From a virus (lineage: Duplodnaviria > Caudoviricetes), in the IMG/VR virus record IMGVR_UViG_3300020380_000908, positions 1 through 45,519 of that record: a DNA stretch of 45,519 nucleotides; one strand, 5' to 3'. The number at the start of each line of letters is the position of its first letter. The first letter of the stretch is position 1. The notes beneath the pieces are model-generated. The model did not search any database, was not told where the DNA came from, and saw nothing but the letters and a program-made list of their open reading frames with translations. The position numbers and the translations under genes are program-made. Positions 44,638 through 45,519 of this stretch are shown here, one piece after another.

Positions 44638-45519
44638 TTACGGTCCCGGTGTAGTAGTTACGCAACCCGTCTTAACTAAGAATGTATATGTCGTAGTACT
44701 ACCTCCTTCGCAAATTGAAATACATTTAGGAGTGTATCCCGCCGAAGAACCATCATTTCCTTGATATCCTTTATGTCCTTGATACCCTTGGTGTCCTTGA
44801 TACCCTTGGTAGCCTTGATGCCCTTGGTGTCCTTGATACCCTTGATACCCTTGATAACCTTGGTAGCCTTGGTAGCCTTGGTAGCCTCTCAAGCAAAGAC
44901 TTCTATCAACCTCAGTAGTTGTACCATTACCCCCAAGACTAGAACATTCTGTAGAAGCTAAATCAGATAAAGTGTAAACGTAGTGCGGTGTAGGCGATCC
45001 TCCATCAAAATCGCACAAATAACAACTTGGAGTCTCTGCTTGATGACCTTGATATCCTTGATGCCCTTGATAGCCTTGATAGCCCTGATATCCCCTCAAG
45101 CAACAGGCTCCATCTTCCGCTGTATTTTCTGTTCCGCTTATGTTGCCAACTATAGGGTAGTGACTCATGGTGTTATAACACCAATCTTCCGCCTCCGATT
45201 TTAAGCCGTGAAATGCTTGATATCCACAAGGAAAATCTGAATCAGCGTATGGTGTTGGAGGCTCTTCATCACTCAAGCAAACCCAACACTGAGGCGACTC
45301 TCCCTGATGACCTTGGTGTCCTTGATAACCTTGGTAGCCTTGGTAGCCTTGGTATCCTCTTCCTTGGTAGCCTTGATACCCTTGGTATCCTTGATACCCT
45401 TGATACCCTTGGTATCCTTGATAACCTTGATAACCTCTTCCTTGGTAGCCTTGATACCCTTGGTGTCCTTGATAACCTTGGTAACCTTGATAACCTTGGA
45501 ACCCTCTTCCTTGATAGCC
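44638..45519 (-). CDS. 5'-truncated collagen-like protein with G-Y-Q/G-H-Q repeats and Cys-rich spacers
   Basis: The frame stays open beyond the ORF-track TTG at 45276 to the window end (...[19 protein letters not shown]...). Three 9-bp-unit repeat blocks. Confidence 0.8.
   Translation of the reverse strand, partial: GYQGRGFQGYQGYQGYQGHQGYQGYQGRGYQGYQGYQGYQGYQGYQGYQGYQGRGYQGYQGYQGYQGHQGHQGESPQCWVCLSDEEPPTPYADSDFPCGYQAFHGLKSEAEDWCYNTMSHYPIVGNISGTENTAEDGACCLRGYQGYQGYQGHQGYQGHQAETPSCYLCDFDGGSPTPHYVYTLSDLASTECSSLGGNGTTTEVDRSLCLRGYQGYQGYQGYQGYQGYQGHQGHQGYQGYQGHQGYQGHKGYQGNDGSSAGYTPKCISICEGGSTTTYTFLVKTGCVTTTPGP

Noticed and set aside
43210-45204. Plus-strand ORFs (poly-Val, ASC repeats, LIP repeats)
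   Set aside because: Antisense shadows of the Thr-rich and GYQ repeats.
44638-45276. TTG start at 45276 as a complete 212-aa protein
   Set aside because: The frame is open to the window edge, so the gene starts outside the window.
1-45519. Stop-codon reassignment
   Set aside because: Conserved genes are full length in the standard code, and TAA, TAG and TGA all end genes at operon junctions.
1-45519. Cellular chromosome, or eukaryotic giant virus
   Set aside because: A cellular origin is unlikely given the mosaic of short unknown ORFs, dNMP kinase, UvsX-like recombinase and compact replisome without housekeeping operons. Sigma factors, DnaE/DnaB/DnaG and bacterial promoters argue against an NCLDV. 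No capsid or terminase gene is in the window, so the phage call remains an inference.

Overview
AT-rich (roughly one-third GC), gene-dense segment that looks like a large (jumbo-type) tailed bacteriophage genome using the standard genetic code. The host is unknown; a PVC-group bacterium is a weak guess from the class Ic-like RNR. 1-14.6 kb is a mostly minus-strand accessory region: sulfotransferases, glycosyltransferases, ECF sigma, ClpP, serine protease, HNH, UDP-glucose dehydrogenase, tRNA-Leu and tRNA-Val, PAP2 phosphatase, SET-domain protein, zinc peptidases and dCMP deaminase. 14.7-42.1 kb is a mostly plus-strand replication and nucleotide-metabolism block: dNMP kinase, second sigma, NrdA/NrdB, RecA-like, HNH, DnaB, DnaG, HPr, Cas4/AddB-like nuclease, DNA polymerase III alpha split into PHP, exonuclease and catalytic genes, a Whirly-like SSB and a Rad52-like annealase. 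The end of the window encodes Thr-rich/Calx-beta and G-Y-Q collagen-like proteins. The most unusual observations are: (1) CG-dinucleotide deserts in dnaB, the nuclease and the SSB/annealase genes, where most remaining CGs sit in short hairpins; (2) a promoter-driven, roughly 410-nt, three-domain structured RNA candidate at 15.1-15.5 kb; (3) a lysine dehydrogenase + ALDH + HPPD/HglS-like cluster resembling a viral lysine catabolic pathway; (4) apparent absence of CCWGG; (5) two promoter classes with leaderless transcripts; (6) a class Ic-like R2; (7) a glutaredoxin inserted in a glycosyltransferase. All calls come from manual motif reading; no searches or folding programs were run.
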